From a virus: a stretch of DNA of 53,823 bases. The stretch lies in the UHGV virus genome UHGV-0209071; one strand, written 5' to 3'. Both the position numbers and the translations under genes were made by a program. Numbering within the stretch: the first letter of the stretch is position 1; every line of letters begins with the position of its first letter. A model generated the notes under the pieces. The model was not told where the DNA came from, did no database searches, and worked only from the letters and a program-made list of their open reading frames with translations. This document shows, one piece after another, positions 17,805 to 26,275 of the stretch.

Positions 17805-18404
17805 ATGGCGCAACAATTACACCTGATAAAACAGACCCAAGGAATACTGATCCCTGCCACGCAGGAGACCAGTGATTTCTTGCAATCAAAATGCAAGCTC
17901 GGCGCCGTTCTGGAGGCCGATTTTAAGCTTGTCCGCAATCCGGCGTTTCACCGCCGATACTTTGCTTTACTCAATCTCGGCTTTGAATATTGGGAACCTA
18001 CCGGCGGGGCGATTTCGTCTAACGAGCGCAGGCTTATCACAGGTTACGCCAAATACCTTGCTGCATATGGCGGGAGTGAATCGGCGTTGCTTGATGCCGC
18101 CGGGCAATATCTCGACCTGATAGCTGAGAAGCGATCCGGTTCAATCAGTATTTGCAAATCCTTCGATGCTTACCGGGCGTGGGTCATCGTTGAGGCCGGC
18201 CACTATGACGCCATACAGCTGCCGGACGGCACGCTGAAAAAACACCCTCGCAGCATTTCTTTCGCAAGCATGGACGAATGCGAGTTCCAGGAACTGTACA
18301 AAGCATCGCTCGATGTTCTCTGGCGGTGGATCCTCTCTCGTTCTTTCAACAGCCTGCAGGAAGCTGAAAACGCCGCCAACCAGCTTTTAAGCTTCGCGGG
18401 GTGA
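17805..18404 (+). CDS. DUF1367-family phage protein (199 aa)
   Basis: GGAG RBS 8 nt before ATG 17805; nin-region position; family typical of lambdoid prophages. Confidence 0.55.
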   Translation: MAQQLHLIKQTQGILIPATQETSDFLQSKCKLGAVLEADFKLVRNPAFHRRYFALLNLGFEYWEPTGGAISSNERRLITGYAKYLAAYGGSESALLDAAGQYLDLIAEKRSGSISICKSFDAYRAWVIVEAGHYDAIQLPDGTLKKHPRSISFASMDECEFQELYKASLDVLWRWILSRSFNSLQEAENAANQLLSFAG

Positions 18405-18610
18405 TGCTGATGAAATACTCATGGTTTCACCATCTCGAATGCACAACCCAGCAGGCCGAAGAATTGGTAGCGAGATATCGTCAGCGGGGCGTAAAGGTCG
18501 AACGAAGCTTAAACCCTGACTTTATGACATGGACCGTCAGCGCGCAGCTGGTGGAGGACAAAAAACCGCCGCGGCCAGACTCTCGCTGGCGTAACAGGAT
18601 GTGGGGGTGA
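18401..18610 (+). CDS. hypothetical phage protein (69 aa)
   Basis: ORF with start overlapping previous stop. Confidence 0.4.
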   Translation: MMLMKYSWFHHLECTTQQAEELVARYRQRGVKVERSLNPDFMTWTVSAQLVEDKKPPRPDSRWRNRMWG

Positions 18611-18612
18611 GT

Positions 18613-18909
18613 ATGGCGAACCTACGCAAAGAGGCGCGTGGCCGCGAATGTACCGTGCGGATCCCCGGGCACTGCAACGGCAACCCGGAAACCAGCGTGC
18701 TGGCGCATTACCGCCTGGCGGGTACGTGCGGCACAGGATGCAAGCCTGACGATACTCAGGCGGCGATCGCCTGCAACGGGTGCCATGACGTAATTGACGG
18801 CAGAACCAAAACCACCGATTTCACCTACGACGAATTGCGCCTGATGCACGCAGAGGGGGTAATGCGCACCCTGGAAATCTGGCGGAAAGAGGGACTCATC
18901 AAATCATGA
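18613..18909 (+). CDS. YbcO-like DUF1364 putative nuclease
   Basis: MANLRKEARGRECTVRIPGHCNGNPETSVLAHYRLAGTCGTGCKP...ACNGCHD closely matches E. coli DLP12 YbcO; GGGGGTGAG RBS. Confidence 0.8.
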   Translation: MANLRKEARGRECTVRIPGHCNGNPETSVLAHYRLAGTCGTGCKPDDTQAAIACNGCHDVIDGRTKTTDFTYDELRLMHAEGVMRTLEIWRKEGLIKS

Positions 18910-19262
18910 AAATCTACGATATCACGCCCATCGGCAAACCCAGGATGACCAGAGCTGATAAGTGGAAGCAGCGTCCGGAAGTAATACGTTACCGGGCGTT
19001 CTGTGATGAAGCTCGTCTGCGCAAAATTCACCTGCCAGACTCCGGCGCTCACGTCACGTTCGTCATGCCTATGCCGCAAAGCTGGAGTCAGAAAAAGAGA
19101 GCGCAATACGCAGGACGTCCACATCAGTCAAAGCCCGACTGCGACAATATGCTGAAAGCCCTAATGGACGCCCTCTATGAGGATGATTCACACGTCTGGG
19201 ATTGCCGCATCACCAAAATATGGGGCGAGAAAGGGCAGATCATCATTGGGGATTCTCTATGA
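18906..19262 (+). CDS. rusA: RusA Holliday-junction resolvase
   Basis: 118 aa; RusA family signature and canonical position before Q. Confidence 0.85.
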   Translation: MKIYDITPIGKPRMTRADKWKQRPEVIRYRAFCDEARLRKIHLPDSGAHVTFVMPMPQSWSQKKRAQYAGRPHQSKPDCDNMLKALMDALYEDDSHVWDCRITKIWGEKGQIIIGDSL

Positions 19263-19380
19263 CCCTCGATCACTTCATGCAGTACCAAACCGAGAGCGTT
19301 AAGCGCGCCAGTATGCCGCCAGTAGCAAAGCACAACCTGAACCAGACCAAACCAAAACAGCCAAAGAGGGCCGCAGCGTG
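19259..19380 (+). CDS. possible 40-aa bridging ORF (MTLDHFMQYQTESVKRASMPPVAKHNLNQTKPKQPKRAAA)
   Basis: ATGA overlap with rusA stop and GTGA overlap with Q-like start; could be real coupled small protein or chance. Confidence 0.25.
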
Positions 19381-20199
19381 AATCTTGAAAACACAGTGAA
19401 ATACCACTTCGCAAAATCCACGCTGATTAGCGATTCTCCGCGTGCTACCGCCTCTGATTCACTGACCGGCACCGACATCATGGCAGCAATGGGCATGACC
19501 CAGGAACGTGCCGCTATGGGGTATAGCGCTTTCCTGGGCAAGATGGGCATAAGCAACAATGACCGGGATCGGGCTATCGGACTATTGGCTGAGTACGCGC
19601 TGACAAAATGCGATAAGGTTGCTGCGTTGCGAAAGCTCTCGCCAAGCGTAAAACCCCGGGTTATACGGATCCTCGCAGAGTACGCCTTTGAGGATTACTC
19701 CCGCAGTGCTTCCAGTAAAAAAACATGCGACTGCTGCAATGGGTCTGGATTCATCGACGCAGTGGCGTTCACCAACAAAGTAACGTATCCGGACGGCAAA
19801 CCGCCGAAGTGGGTCAAAGTTACAAAGGGGATCTATCCATCATACTGGGAGGAGGTAAAGTCGGTCCGGGAGCAGGTCCGGGTGCTTTGCCAAAAGTGCA
19901 AGGGAAAAGGGACTGTTAGCGCCGCCTGTAACGACTGCCACGGTCGGGGGAAGGTAGTGAACCAGGATGAGACGGAGAAGCAGGGAGTGCCTGTGATGGG
20001 TAACTGTAAACGCTGTGGTGGTCGCGGGTATGAGCGAATCCTCTCCACTGCTGTGCATAGGGCCATTTGCCAGATAACGGACGCCATCACTCTGGATACC
20101 TGGAAGAAATCGGTTAAACCGTTCTTCGACGTATTGATCACTAAATTCGATATAGAGGAAGCGTGGGCAGAGGCGCAACTCAAACAAATAACGCGGTGA
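19378..20199 (+). CDS. late-gene antiterminator Q-like protein with four DnaJ-type CxxCxGxG zinc-finger repeats
   Basis: GTG start with AGAGGG RBS; position between rusA and tRNA/lysis genes; motifs CDCCNGSG, CQKCKGKG, CNDCHGRG, CKRCGGRG. Confidence 0.5.
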   Translation: MNLENTVKYHFAKSTLISDSPRATASDSLTGTDIMAAMGMTQERAAMGYSAFLGKMGISNNDRDRAIGLLAEYALTKCDKVAALRKLSPSVKPRVIRILAEYAFEDYSRSASSKKTCDCCNGSGFIDAVAFTNKVTYPDGKPPKWVKVTKGIYPSYWEEVKSVREQVRVLCQKCKGKGTVSAACNDCHGRGKVVNQDETEKQGVPVMGNCKRCGGRGYERILSTAVHRAICQITDAITLDTWKKSVKPFFDVLITKFDIEEAWAEAQLKQITR

Positions 20200-20279
20200 G
20201 ATATTTACTTTTCCCGAATTCGTGTTAATTTGTTCTAACGATGGGCATTGTGTGTTCACCGTTGAAGAAAAAATTTAAA

Positions 20280-20308
20280 GCCTCGGCAAATGCCGGGGCT
20301 TTTTCGTA
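20280..20308 (+). terminator. rho-independent terminator after Q-like gene
   Basis: GCCTCGGC-aaat-GCCGGGGC + TTTTTCG. Confidence 0.5.
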
Positions 20309-20390
20309 TCTGCAATCCGGTCAGGGCTCTTGGGTAGAGACGTGCTGCACGATACGTTAAAGCCCTCCGCGCAGAGCCCTGAACCAGATT

Positions 20391-20466
20391 GCTGGTTTAG
20401 CTCAGAAGGTAGAGCGCCTGCCTTGTAAGCAGGATGTCGGCTGTTCGATTCCGTCAACCAGCACCA
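20391..20466 (+). tRNA. phage-encoded tRNA, anticodon TGT (Thr-type), 76 nt with CCA
   Basis: Manual cloverleaf: 7-bp acceptor GCTGGTT/AACCAGC, D-stem GCTC/GAGC, anticodon stem CCTGC/GCAGG with loop CTTGTAA, T-loop TTCGATT; one U-C mismatch in T-stem; encoded CCA. Confidence 0.65.
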
Positions 20467-20533
20467 GAACGGCAGAGGGGCCAGCGTCTGAAGCGAATCC
20501 CGATCACAATGCGTAACTTATCTGGGGGAAGCT

Positions 20534-20791
20534 ATGCAGCAACCATATTTTTTTAACCCGGGCATGACCACTCAACAGCTTGAAGACTGGCTTGGGCAAC
20601 AGAAAATCTATCTTGCCCACTTCAACCGTCTGATAGCAGAAAAAGCCGCTCTTGAGGAGCGGCTGAGTCAGATCTCTGCGGAGATTGGGCGAGTCGCTAC
20701 TGATAGCTTTCAAGGAATGCTGAGTTTTCCCTGGGATCCCAGTCCTCTTGTGGAAAATCCTCAACAGGATAGTGGCCAGTCGGCAGATTGA
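20534..20791 (+). CDS. hypothetical 85-aa protein
   Basis: GGGGGAAG RBS; convergent 3' overlap with the 151-aa minus-strand ORF, so one of the two may be wrong. Confidence 0.35.
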   Translation: MQQPYFFNPGMTTQQLEDWLGQQKIYLAHFNRLIAEKAALEERLSQISAEIGRVATDSFQGMLSFPWDPSPLVENPQQDSGQSAD

Positions 20792-21143
20792 GTGACGCCA
20801 GGACAGCGGCAGCATCTTCTGACATATAACTGGGCTTTAGTTGACTGGCAATGATAAAGAGACAGTCGTTTAGCGAGAGTCTTCTAATCTCTTCAGGTTT
20901 CCACTTGGTCATTTCGAAGATAAGGTGATGAAGAGCCTTATCGTTATCAAGATAATAATAATCCGATGAAAAATGTTTCCTGTACTCATCGAGAATACAT
21001 TCAAGAGTGAATATTTGTCCTATTCGGTACCAAACCTGCCTGGTTCTGTAACTGTGTGAGTCTGCCAGTAATGTTTGGGGGAAGTTGTTATTTTGGCAAA
21101 CCCGTGACTTGATTACCTGTAAAAGGTCTGAGTACTTACTCAT
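20697..21143 (-). CDS. hypothetical 148-aa protein encoded in AT-rich moron between tRNA and lysis genes
   Basis: ORF in strongly AT-rich segment (20.8-21.2 kb) on opposite strand to late operon; classic moron position (stx-like slot). Confidence 0.45.
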   Translation of the reverse strand: MSKYSDLLQVIKSRVCQNNNFPQTLLADSHSYRTRQVWYRIGQIFTLECILDEYRKHFSSDYYYLDNDKALHHLIFEMTKWKPEEIRRLSLNDCLFIIASQLKPSYMSEDAAAVLASLNLPTGHYPVEDFPQEDWDPRENSAFLESYQ

Positions 21144-21445
21144 ATTATGCACCAGTTGATGTTTTAATCATTTGCGAATCAATTTTATCAAAGAGAAAAA
21201 CAAGCCGCTACACGCTGATAACATCAGGCTGGGCGGTTATGGTGAGCCGATACCTCAGACAAGCAGAGTATTGAAACCAGAAAGACTGAATGTTAAATTT
21301 CTGGTGTGGTGAATCCCCCTATGCGGAGGGGCATTGCCAGTCTGATATGTTTTTTTGCGCATTGCGAGTCGTCTGTGGACTGGCGGCGACTTACCGGGAG
21401 GCACCCGGCACCACACCTAATAAAAAATGATGATAGCTGTAAGGC

Positions 21446-21470
21446 CCACTTCGGTGGGCTTTTTCTTTGG
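21446..21470 (+). terminator. rho-independent terminator (GCCCAC-ttcg-GTGGGC + TTTTTCTTT), candidate tR'
   Basis: Read directly; second small hairpin GGGC-a8-GCCC follows. Confidence 0.6.
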
Positions 21471-21604
21471 GCAAAAAAAAGCCCGCATGGTTTCATGCAG
21501 GCAAGGCAGTTACATTTAGATTTTGTCCCGGTATATGTTTTTTGTCCGGAAGTCGAAAGATACTGTCTCGAATACATTTTGTAAATAACGGATTCAAATC
21601 ACAA

Positions 21605-21632
21605 GGCCATGCATTTGCATGGCTTTTTTATT
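21605..21632 (+). terminator. rho-independent terminator (GGCCATGC-attt-GCATGGC + TTTTTTATTA)
   Basis: Read directly; tandem with previous terminator upstream of lysis genes. Confidence 0.6.
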
Positions 21633-21743
21633 ATCAGGTCCCGCAGGAATCATCATCGACACGCTTCGTTGTTAAATCCAGCCTGACGGGCCTGACCCTT
21701 TTCAAACACACAGCTTCCCGATCTTCCATCGGAGGCGGTAACT

Positions 21744-22055
21744 ATGGCTAAACGTATGCAAGACAAAGAGAGCATTGCCGGGATGTCCTGGCTGGTTCTG
21801 CTGATCATTGCTTGCTGGGGTGGACTTGTCCGCTACCTGATAGATGTGAAGCAGAGCAAGGCAACATGGAGCTTGTTCAATGCTCTTGCCCAAATGGTGG
21901 TTTCAGGGTTTACCGGCGTTATTGCTGGCCTGGTGAGCATTGAAAGCGGACTGAGCATTTACATGATTCTGGCAACCGCGGGGATAAGCGGCGCGATGGG
22001 CTCCGTAGCGCTCACGTATTTCTGGGAACGAATCACCGGAGTGAAAGCACAATGA
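21744..22055 (+). CDS. holin (3 predicted TM segments)
   Basis: 103 aa, hydrophobic segments, GGAGG RBS, directly precedes endolysin. Confidence 0.7.
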   Translation: MAKRMQDKESIAGMSWLVLLIIACWGGLVRYLIDVKQSKATWSLFNALAQMVVSGFTGVIAGLVSIESGLSIYMILATAGISGAMGSVALTYFWERITGVKAQ

Positions 22056-22591
22056 CAGCAGACCAGATTATCGAGGGGATCCTCGGCAAGGAGGATGGTT
22101 ATGTCGATCATCCGTCGGATAAAGGCGGGCCGACCCGCTGGGGCATCACGCAGACCACCGCCCGTGCACATGGCTACACCGGTGATATGCGGAACCTGCC
22201 CAGGGAAACAGCAAAGCAAATCCTGCTGAGCGATTACTGGACCGGCCCCCGGTTTGACCAGGTGGCAGCTCTATCTACGTTACTGGCAGATGAGCTTTGC
22301 GACACTGGCGTGAACATGGGGCCATCTGTAGCCAGTAAGTTTTTCCAGCGCTGGCTGACCGCAATGAATATGCGCGGAAAGCTGTATCCCGATCTGATTC
22401 CGGATGGCGCCATTGGTCCCCGAACCATCACCGCGCTTAAGGGATACCTTTCCGCCCGCGGGAAAGAGGGTGAACAGGTTCTGTTGCGTGCGCTGAACTG
22501 CAGCCAGGGTGCCAGATACCTCGAACTGGCGGAGGGCCGCGAAGCCAACGAGGATTTTCTCTACGGCTGGGTTAAGGAGCGTGTCCTGTGA
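22052..22591 (+). CDS. endolysin, glycoside hydrolase family 108 + peptidoglycan-binding domain
   Basis: N-terminal IIEGILGKEDGYVDHPSDKGGPTRWGIT matches GH108 catalytic motif; 179 aa. Confidence 0.8.
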   Translation: MTADQIIEGILGKEDGYVDHPSDKGGPTRWGITQTTARAHGYTGDMRNLPRETAKQILLSDYWTGPRFDQVAALSTLLADELCDTGVNMGPSVASKFFQRWLTAMNMRGKLYPDLIPDGAIGPRTITALKGYLSARGKEGEQVLLRALNCSQGARYLELAEGREANEDFLYGWVKERVL

Positions 22592-22932
22592 AGATGATCA
22601 TTTTCGCTTTGCTTGTGCTGGTGGCTGTGCTCGTTCTGTTACTTCTGCGCAAATATACCCGGCTGGAGTTCGTAGGGCATGCCAGCTTGCTGCTGAAAAC
22701 GTGGTCTGTAAAGCTGGGAGCTATCGGCGCGCTGGTTGGTGTATGGGCGCAGTCGTTCCCGGATGCTGCGCTGCACGCCTGGGCGGTGCTGCCGCCGGAT
22801 ATCAAAAACATCCTGCCGCCAAACATCGTTGCGTTGATTAGCCCTGCGCTGGTGGTGCTGGCCGTACTATCGCAATACGTACGCCAGCCAGCATTGAAAG
22901 AAAAGGCCGACGAACTGAAGGAGCAGCAATGA
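22588..22932 (+). CDS. lysis-cassette membrane protein (114 aa, N- and C-terminal hydrophobic segments)
   Basis: Overlapping start with endolysin stop; membrane protein between endolysin and spanins. Confidence 0.5.
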   Translation: MKMIIFALLVLVAVLVLLLLRKYTRLEFVGHASLLLKTWSVKLGAIGALVGVWAQSFPDAALHAWAVLPPDIKNILPPNIVALISPALVVLAVLSQYVRQPALKEKADELKEQQ

Positions 22933-23204
22933 GCTTTGAAATTATCGCGGGACTGGTGGTCGTCATCCTGGGTGCTATTGCTGGCGCGTTCGGCATTGGT
23001 CATGCTCGCGGGGCCAGTAAGGCGAAAGCCAAAGCTGATCAGCAACGTACCGAAGAGAACGCCGCTGCTACTGTCGCCGCGGCAGAACGCCGTGCTGAAG
23101 TCACGAAAGGGGCCAGCGATGTACAGGAAGACGTTAAGCGTATGGGCGATGACGATGTTGATCGGGAGTTGCGCGAAAAGTTTACCCGCCCCGGTAGTCG
23201 TTGA
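22929..23204 (+). CDS. i-spanin (Rz-like)
   Basis: N-terminal TM anchor then charged/coiled periplasmic domain; 91 aa. Confidence 0.65.
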   Translation: MSFEIIAGLVVVILGAIAGAFGIGHARGASKAKAKADQQRTEENAAATVAAAERRAEVTKGASDVQEDVKRMGDDDVDRELREKFTRPGSR

Positions 23205-23349
23205 CACGGCCTGCAGCTGGGTGCGGATCATCTACCTGACTGACCACGATATCGATGTGTTGGATAAGCAGACCAAGCGTGACATCCTGGCGCACAACAA
23301 AGCAGTGCAGGCGAATTGCTCGCAGCTCACAGAGAAGGGTTCCAGGTAA
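23119..23349 (+). CDS. o-spanin (Rz1-like lipoprotein) embedded in +1 frame of Rz and extending beyond it
   Basis: MYRKTLSVWAMTMLIGSC lipobox (LIGSC), Pro-rich mature part; classic embedded/overlapping architecture. Confidence 0.6.
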   Translation: MYRKTLSVWAMTMLIGSCAKSLPAPVVVDTACSWVRIIYLTDHDIDVLDKQTKRDILAHNKAVQANCSQLTEKGSR

Positions 23350-23479
23350 TTCAGCTACAAACGCAGAACACTTTAGGTATTGAAATTTACATGGCCACAT
23401 GAACAAAAAATCAGAATACGAGACAACAGAGCGCTGAAAAATGAAAAGTTGGTATCTAAGTCAGGTGCATTAAGGCACT

Positions 23480-23728
23480 ATGGATTTTCAATTCCTTCTA
23501 TCTAAGAAGCTGCCCATGACAAGAAATTCACTCCCTCTACTTCCGCATGGTTATCGATACGGTGACGAGCACTCTATTCACCCTCATTGTGATGGGGATT
23601 ATTTAGCTCCGCAGGGATATGTTATCAAGTCCGTTAACCTTGTAGATGGGGTGGTTATTTATGTGCCCATCCAACGCTACATCAAGCATCTAGATCTTTG
23701 GGTTAATGCCGAAGGAACTGTCGAATAA
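23480..23728 (+). CDS. hypothetical 82-aa protein (lower-GC moron)
   Basis: ORF only. Confidence 0.35.
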   Translation: MDFQFLLSKKLPMTRNSLPLLPHGYRYGDEHSIHPHCDGDYLAPQGYVIKSVNLVDGVVIYVPIQRYIKHLDLWVNAEGTVE

Positions 23729-23898
23729 ATTGTTAGTTACCGGCCTCGTTCGGGAGAGCTGAGAATTGCCATCAAAAGACCAGCAGAGATGCCTGGTGCT
23801 CTGGTTGAATGTTCCGGCAAGTTGAAAATGATTGGTTCAATGAGCTCTTTCGATATTTAAATGCTTTCGATAACTTAAATGAAGCTATCACCACGTTA

Positions 23899-24033
23899 TC
23901 ACTGCCAGCCAACACCAAAACGGCAGTGGTCAGTTAAAAAGCAGAAAAGCCTCTCCCGGGTGGCTCCTGAGAGATTTTAGTTTTCTAACTGGTACCAACC
24001 AAAGGTCGCATTTTTTATGCGACCTTTTTTATT
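23899..24033 (+). ncRNA. candidate structured RNA / terminator module copy 1 (hairpin CACTGCC..GGCAGTG, hairpin CTCTC..GAGAG within GGCTCCTGAGAGATT, terminator AAAGGTCGCAT-ttttt-ATGCGACCTTT+TTT)
   Basis: About 135-nt element repeated at 24876-25010 with about 75% identity and a compensatory A-T to T-A change in the first stem. Confidence 0.35.
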
Positions 24034-24162
24034 GTGCGTAACAGGCATCCGTAAGGAAACCGTTCAGCTTGTACACACGGCAAAGATAAATGCAAAAGCA
24101 TCACAGAGGCTATTTTGTCGAATGGCTTCGATAATACTCCCCACATCGCACAGAGGTAAGAC

Positions 24163-24408
24163 ATGTCAGAGATCACTGCATCCGAGCAAATCCGCCTGGA
24201 TATAATCAAGAAAGTTAATTATGACACCGCAGCGGCCAAGCTGGCCATTGACTGGGTAGGCGACAGCTATCTGAAGTCTGAGCTATTCGCTGACTCTTTC
24301 GATCATGTTTTCACGGAAAGTGAGATTGTCTCGAAGACCCGTAAGGCAATCCAGGAAGCGACCGAAGCGCTGGCGCTGTTTGATACTGCCGCTGAGAAGG
24401 TCAGCTAA
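24163..24408 (+). CDS. hypothetical 81-aa protein
   Basis: ORF between the two repeated modules. Confidence 0.4.
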   Translation: MSEITASEQIRLDIIKKVNYDTAAAKLAIDWVGDSYLKSELFADSFDHVFTESEIVSKTRKAIQEATEALALFDTAAEKVS

Positions 24409-24447
24409 GGCATTACAGCAGGCATTCATCGAGTGCCTGTGATAATG
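24409..24447 (+). repeat. 39-nt element GGCATTACAGCAGGCATTCATCGAGTGCCTGTGATAATG (copy 1; internal hairpin CAGGCA/TGCCTG)
   Basis: Second copy at 24762-24801 (CAGGTA/TGCCTG, U-G wobble preserves stem); both start immediately after a stop codon. Confidence 0.5.
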
Positions 24448-24539
24448 TTAAAGCTCCTGTATAAGGGGCAGTTGTATGATATCATGCAACGAAACAACCA
24501 AGCTATGGAAAGTCCGGGTAATGGTTTGGAGTGAATGTG

Positions 24540-24722
24540 ATGTTTAGCAGCGGTGGTATAAATGGCTACTTTTTCCTGTTGCTTAGTATGTGGCCAGTGC
24601 TAATGGTTTTATTCCTGGGATTGTCTCCTGCATTTTACGGTGTGTTAATGCCTAAAACGGCAATTGCTTGTCTGGTGATCGCTGCAGCCTTTGGCATTGG
24701 TGGGTGGTTCTATGGATTGTGA
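24540..24722 (+). CDS. small two-TM membrane protein (60 aa)
   Basis: GGAG 9 nt upstream of ATG 24540; flanked by the two 39-nt repeat copies. Confidence 0.4.
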   Translation: MFSSGGINGYFFLLLSMWPVLMVLFLGLSPAFYGVLMPKTAIACLVIAAAFGIGGWFYGL

Positions 24723-24761
24723 TCTAAGTAACATTTGGTCAGGTTATAAACTGGTATCTGA

Positions 24762-24801
24762 CCGCATTACAGCAGGTATTCATTGAGTGCCTGTGATAAT
24801 G
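24762..24801 (+). repeat. 39-nt element copy 2
   Basis: See copy 1. Confidence 0.5.
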
Positions 24802-24875
24802 CCCGTCAGACAATGGACTGATATCATTGTCTGTTTCTCCCGGTGTATTTTGAAATACTCAATACTCTCATAACG

Positions 24876-25010
24876 TCTCTGCCTGCCAACATCAGAACGC
24901 CAGAGGTTAGTTAGCCGGATAGATGCACCTCTCTCTGTTGGCTCCTGAGAGATTCTTTATACGCTGGTTGGTTGTGACCAAAGGCCGCATAATTTTGCGG
25001 CCTTTTTCAT
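24876..25010 (+). ncRNA. candidate structured RNA / terminator module copy 2 (terminator AAAGGCCGCA-taatttt-GCGGCCTTT)
   Basis: Homologous to 23899-24033; ends in strong rho-independent terminator just upstream of terS. Confidence 0.35.
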
Positions 25011-25270
25011 TTCTGTAAAATGAAAGTCCTCAGGCGGTTAACGATGCTCTGGACCATGGAAGTGATCTCCACCATGTCCGCCGCTATGAGGCCCAGGGGG
25101 AAGGATACATCCTGAAAGAGACAGCGCACCACAGATCACAAAAACAGCAAGCATAATTCTTTTCATAATAACTCCTGAACTAAAGAGCCTTAATTCCAAA
25201 ACAAAAAAGTGAATATTTTATGGAGAATCAGTAATTCCTTTTTCTCCCTCACGTTAAATAGGAATAATCC

Positions 25271-26275
25271 ATGGCAAAACCGGACTGGGGCGAGCTTCAG
25301 CGACGGTTCCTGTCCGATCATGCCGCAACCGGCGTATCACCGAAGGATTGGTGTGAAGCGCAGGGACTGAATTACGCTACTGCCCGCCGATACATCAAGA
25401 AACCCACTGCGCAAACTGCGCAAAAACCTGCGCAGAAGAAACTGCGCACTGCGCAAAAGGAAAAGTGCGCAGAAGAGCTGGTGGATGATGATGGCCTCAC
25501 CGATCAGCAACGTTTATTTGTCGCAGAATACCTGAAGGACCACAACGCCACGCAGGCCGCTATCCGTGCCGGGTACAGCAAGAAGACTGCTGAACAAATT
25601 GGCTATCAGCTGCTTCAGAAAACTTCAGTTGCGCAGGCCATTGCGCAGCAGCAGAAAGCATCCATTGTGCGCACGCTTGGCAGCGCGGATGAAGTGCTTG
25701 AGCAGATGTGGCGGCTGGCAACATTCGACGCCAACCAACTTTCTCAGTATCGCCGCGGGAGCTGCCGTTACTGCTGGGGCTTCGGTCACCAGTATCAATG
25801 GCGCGATGCGGTTGAGTTCGAAGAGAAGCTGGCTGAGGCTTTAGCGAAGAAAGGGAAAGAGCCAAACGACAGAGGCGGCTACGGTTACGACCATACCAGC
25901 TCGCCTAACCCGAAATGTCCTCGCTGTAATGGTGATGGCATCGGCCAGCCTTTCTTCGCCGATACGCGCAAGCTGGCGCCGGATGCTGCGCTTGCCTATT
26001 CCGGTGTGAAGCTTGGTAAGAATGGCGTTGAGATAACCGCCATCAGCCGTGAGCGCATGTACGAGGCGGTGATGAAACGTCTCGGCCTGGCTGACAGTGA
26101 GTTCGCCCAGCGTCTACAGCAGATTGAAATCGAGCGCCGGCAGCTGGAGATCGACAAGCTCCGTAAAGAGCTGGCCGCTGACCCAGAAGATGACGAACCA
26201 ACGCCAGTTGCGATCAATATCAACGTAGTCGATGCGCGAGTGAGGGAAGAGGATGGCGATAGCTCCGACGCTTAA
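25271..26275 (+). CDS. terminase small subunit (Terminase_2-like HTH)
   Basis: LTDQQRLFVAEYLKDHNATQAAIRAGYSKKTAEQIGYQLL matches the terminase small-subunit family; precedes large subunit. Confidence 0.8.
   Translation: MAKPDWGELQRRFLSDHAATGVSPKDWCEAQGLNYATARRYIKKPTAQTAQKPAQKKLRTAQKEKCAEELVDDDGLTDQQRLFVAEYLKDHNATQAAIRAGYSKKTAEQIGYQLLQKTSVAQAIAQQQKASIVRTLGSADEVLEQMWRLATFDANQLSQYRRGSCRYCWGFGHQYQWRDAVEFEEKLAEALAKKGKEPNDRGGYGYDHTSSPNPKCPRCNGDGIGQPFFADTRKLAPDAALAYSGVKLGKNGVEITAISRERMYEAVMKRLGLADSEFAQRLQQIEIERRQLEIDKLRKELAADPEDDEPTPVAININVVDARVREEDGDSSDA

Noticed and set aside
20275-20457. 60-aa minus-strand ORF
   Set aside because: Overlaps the tRNA and a terminator; spurious.
21180-21440. Exact pR' promoter and qut site
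   Set aside because: Several weak -35/-10 candidates; could not choose one from sequence alone, so not reported as a feature.
22572-23231. 219-aa minus-strand ORF
   Set aside because: Antisense to endolysin/Rz genes; Ser/Thr/Ala-rich, no RBS.
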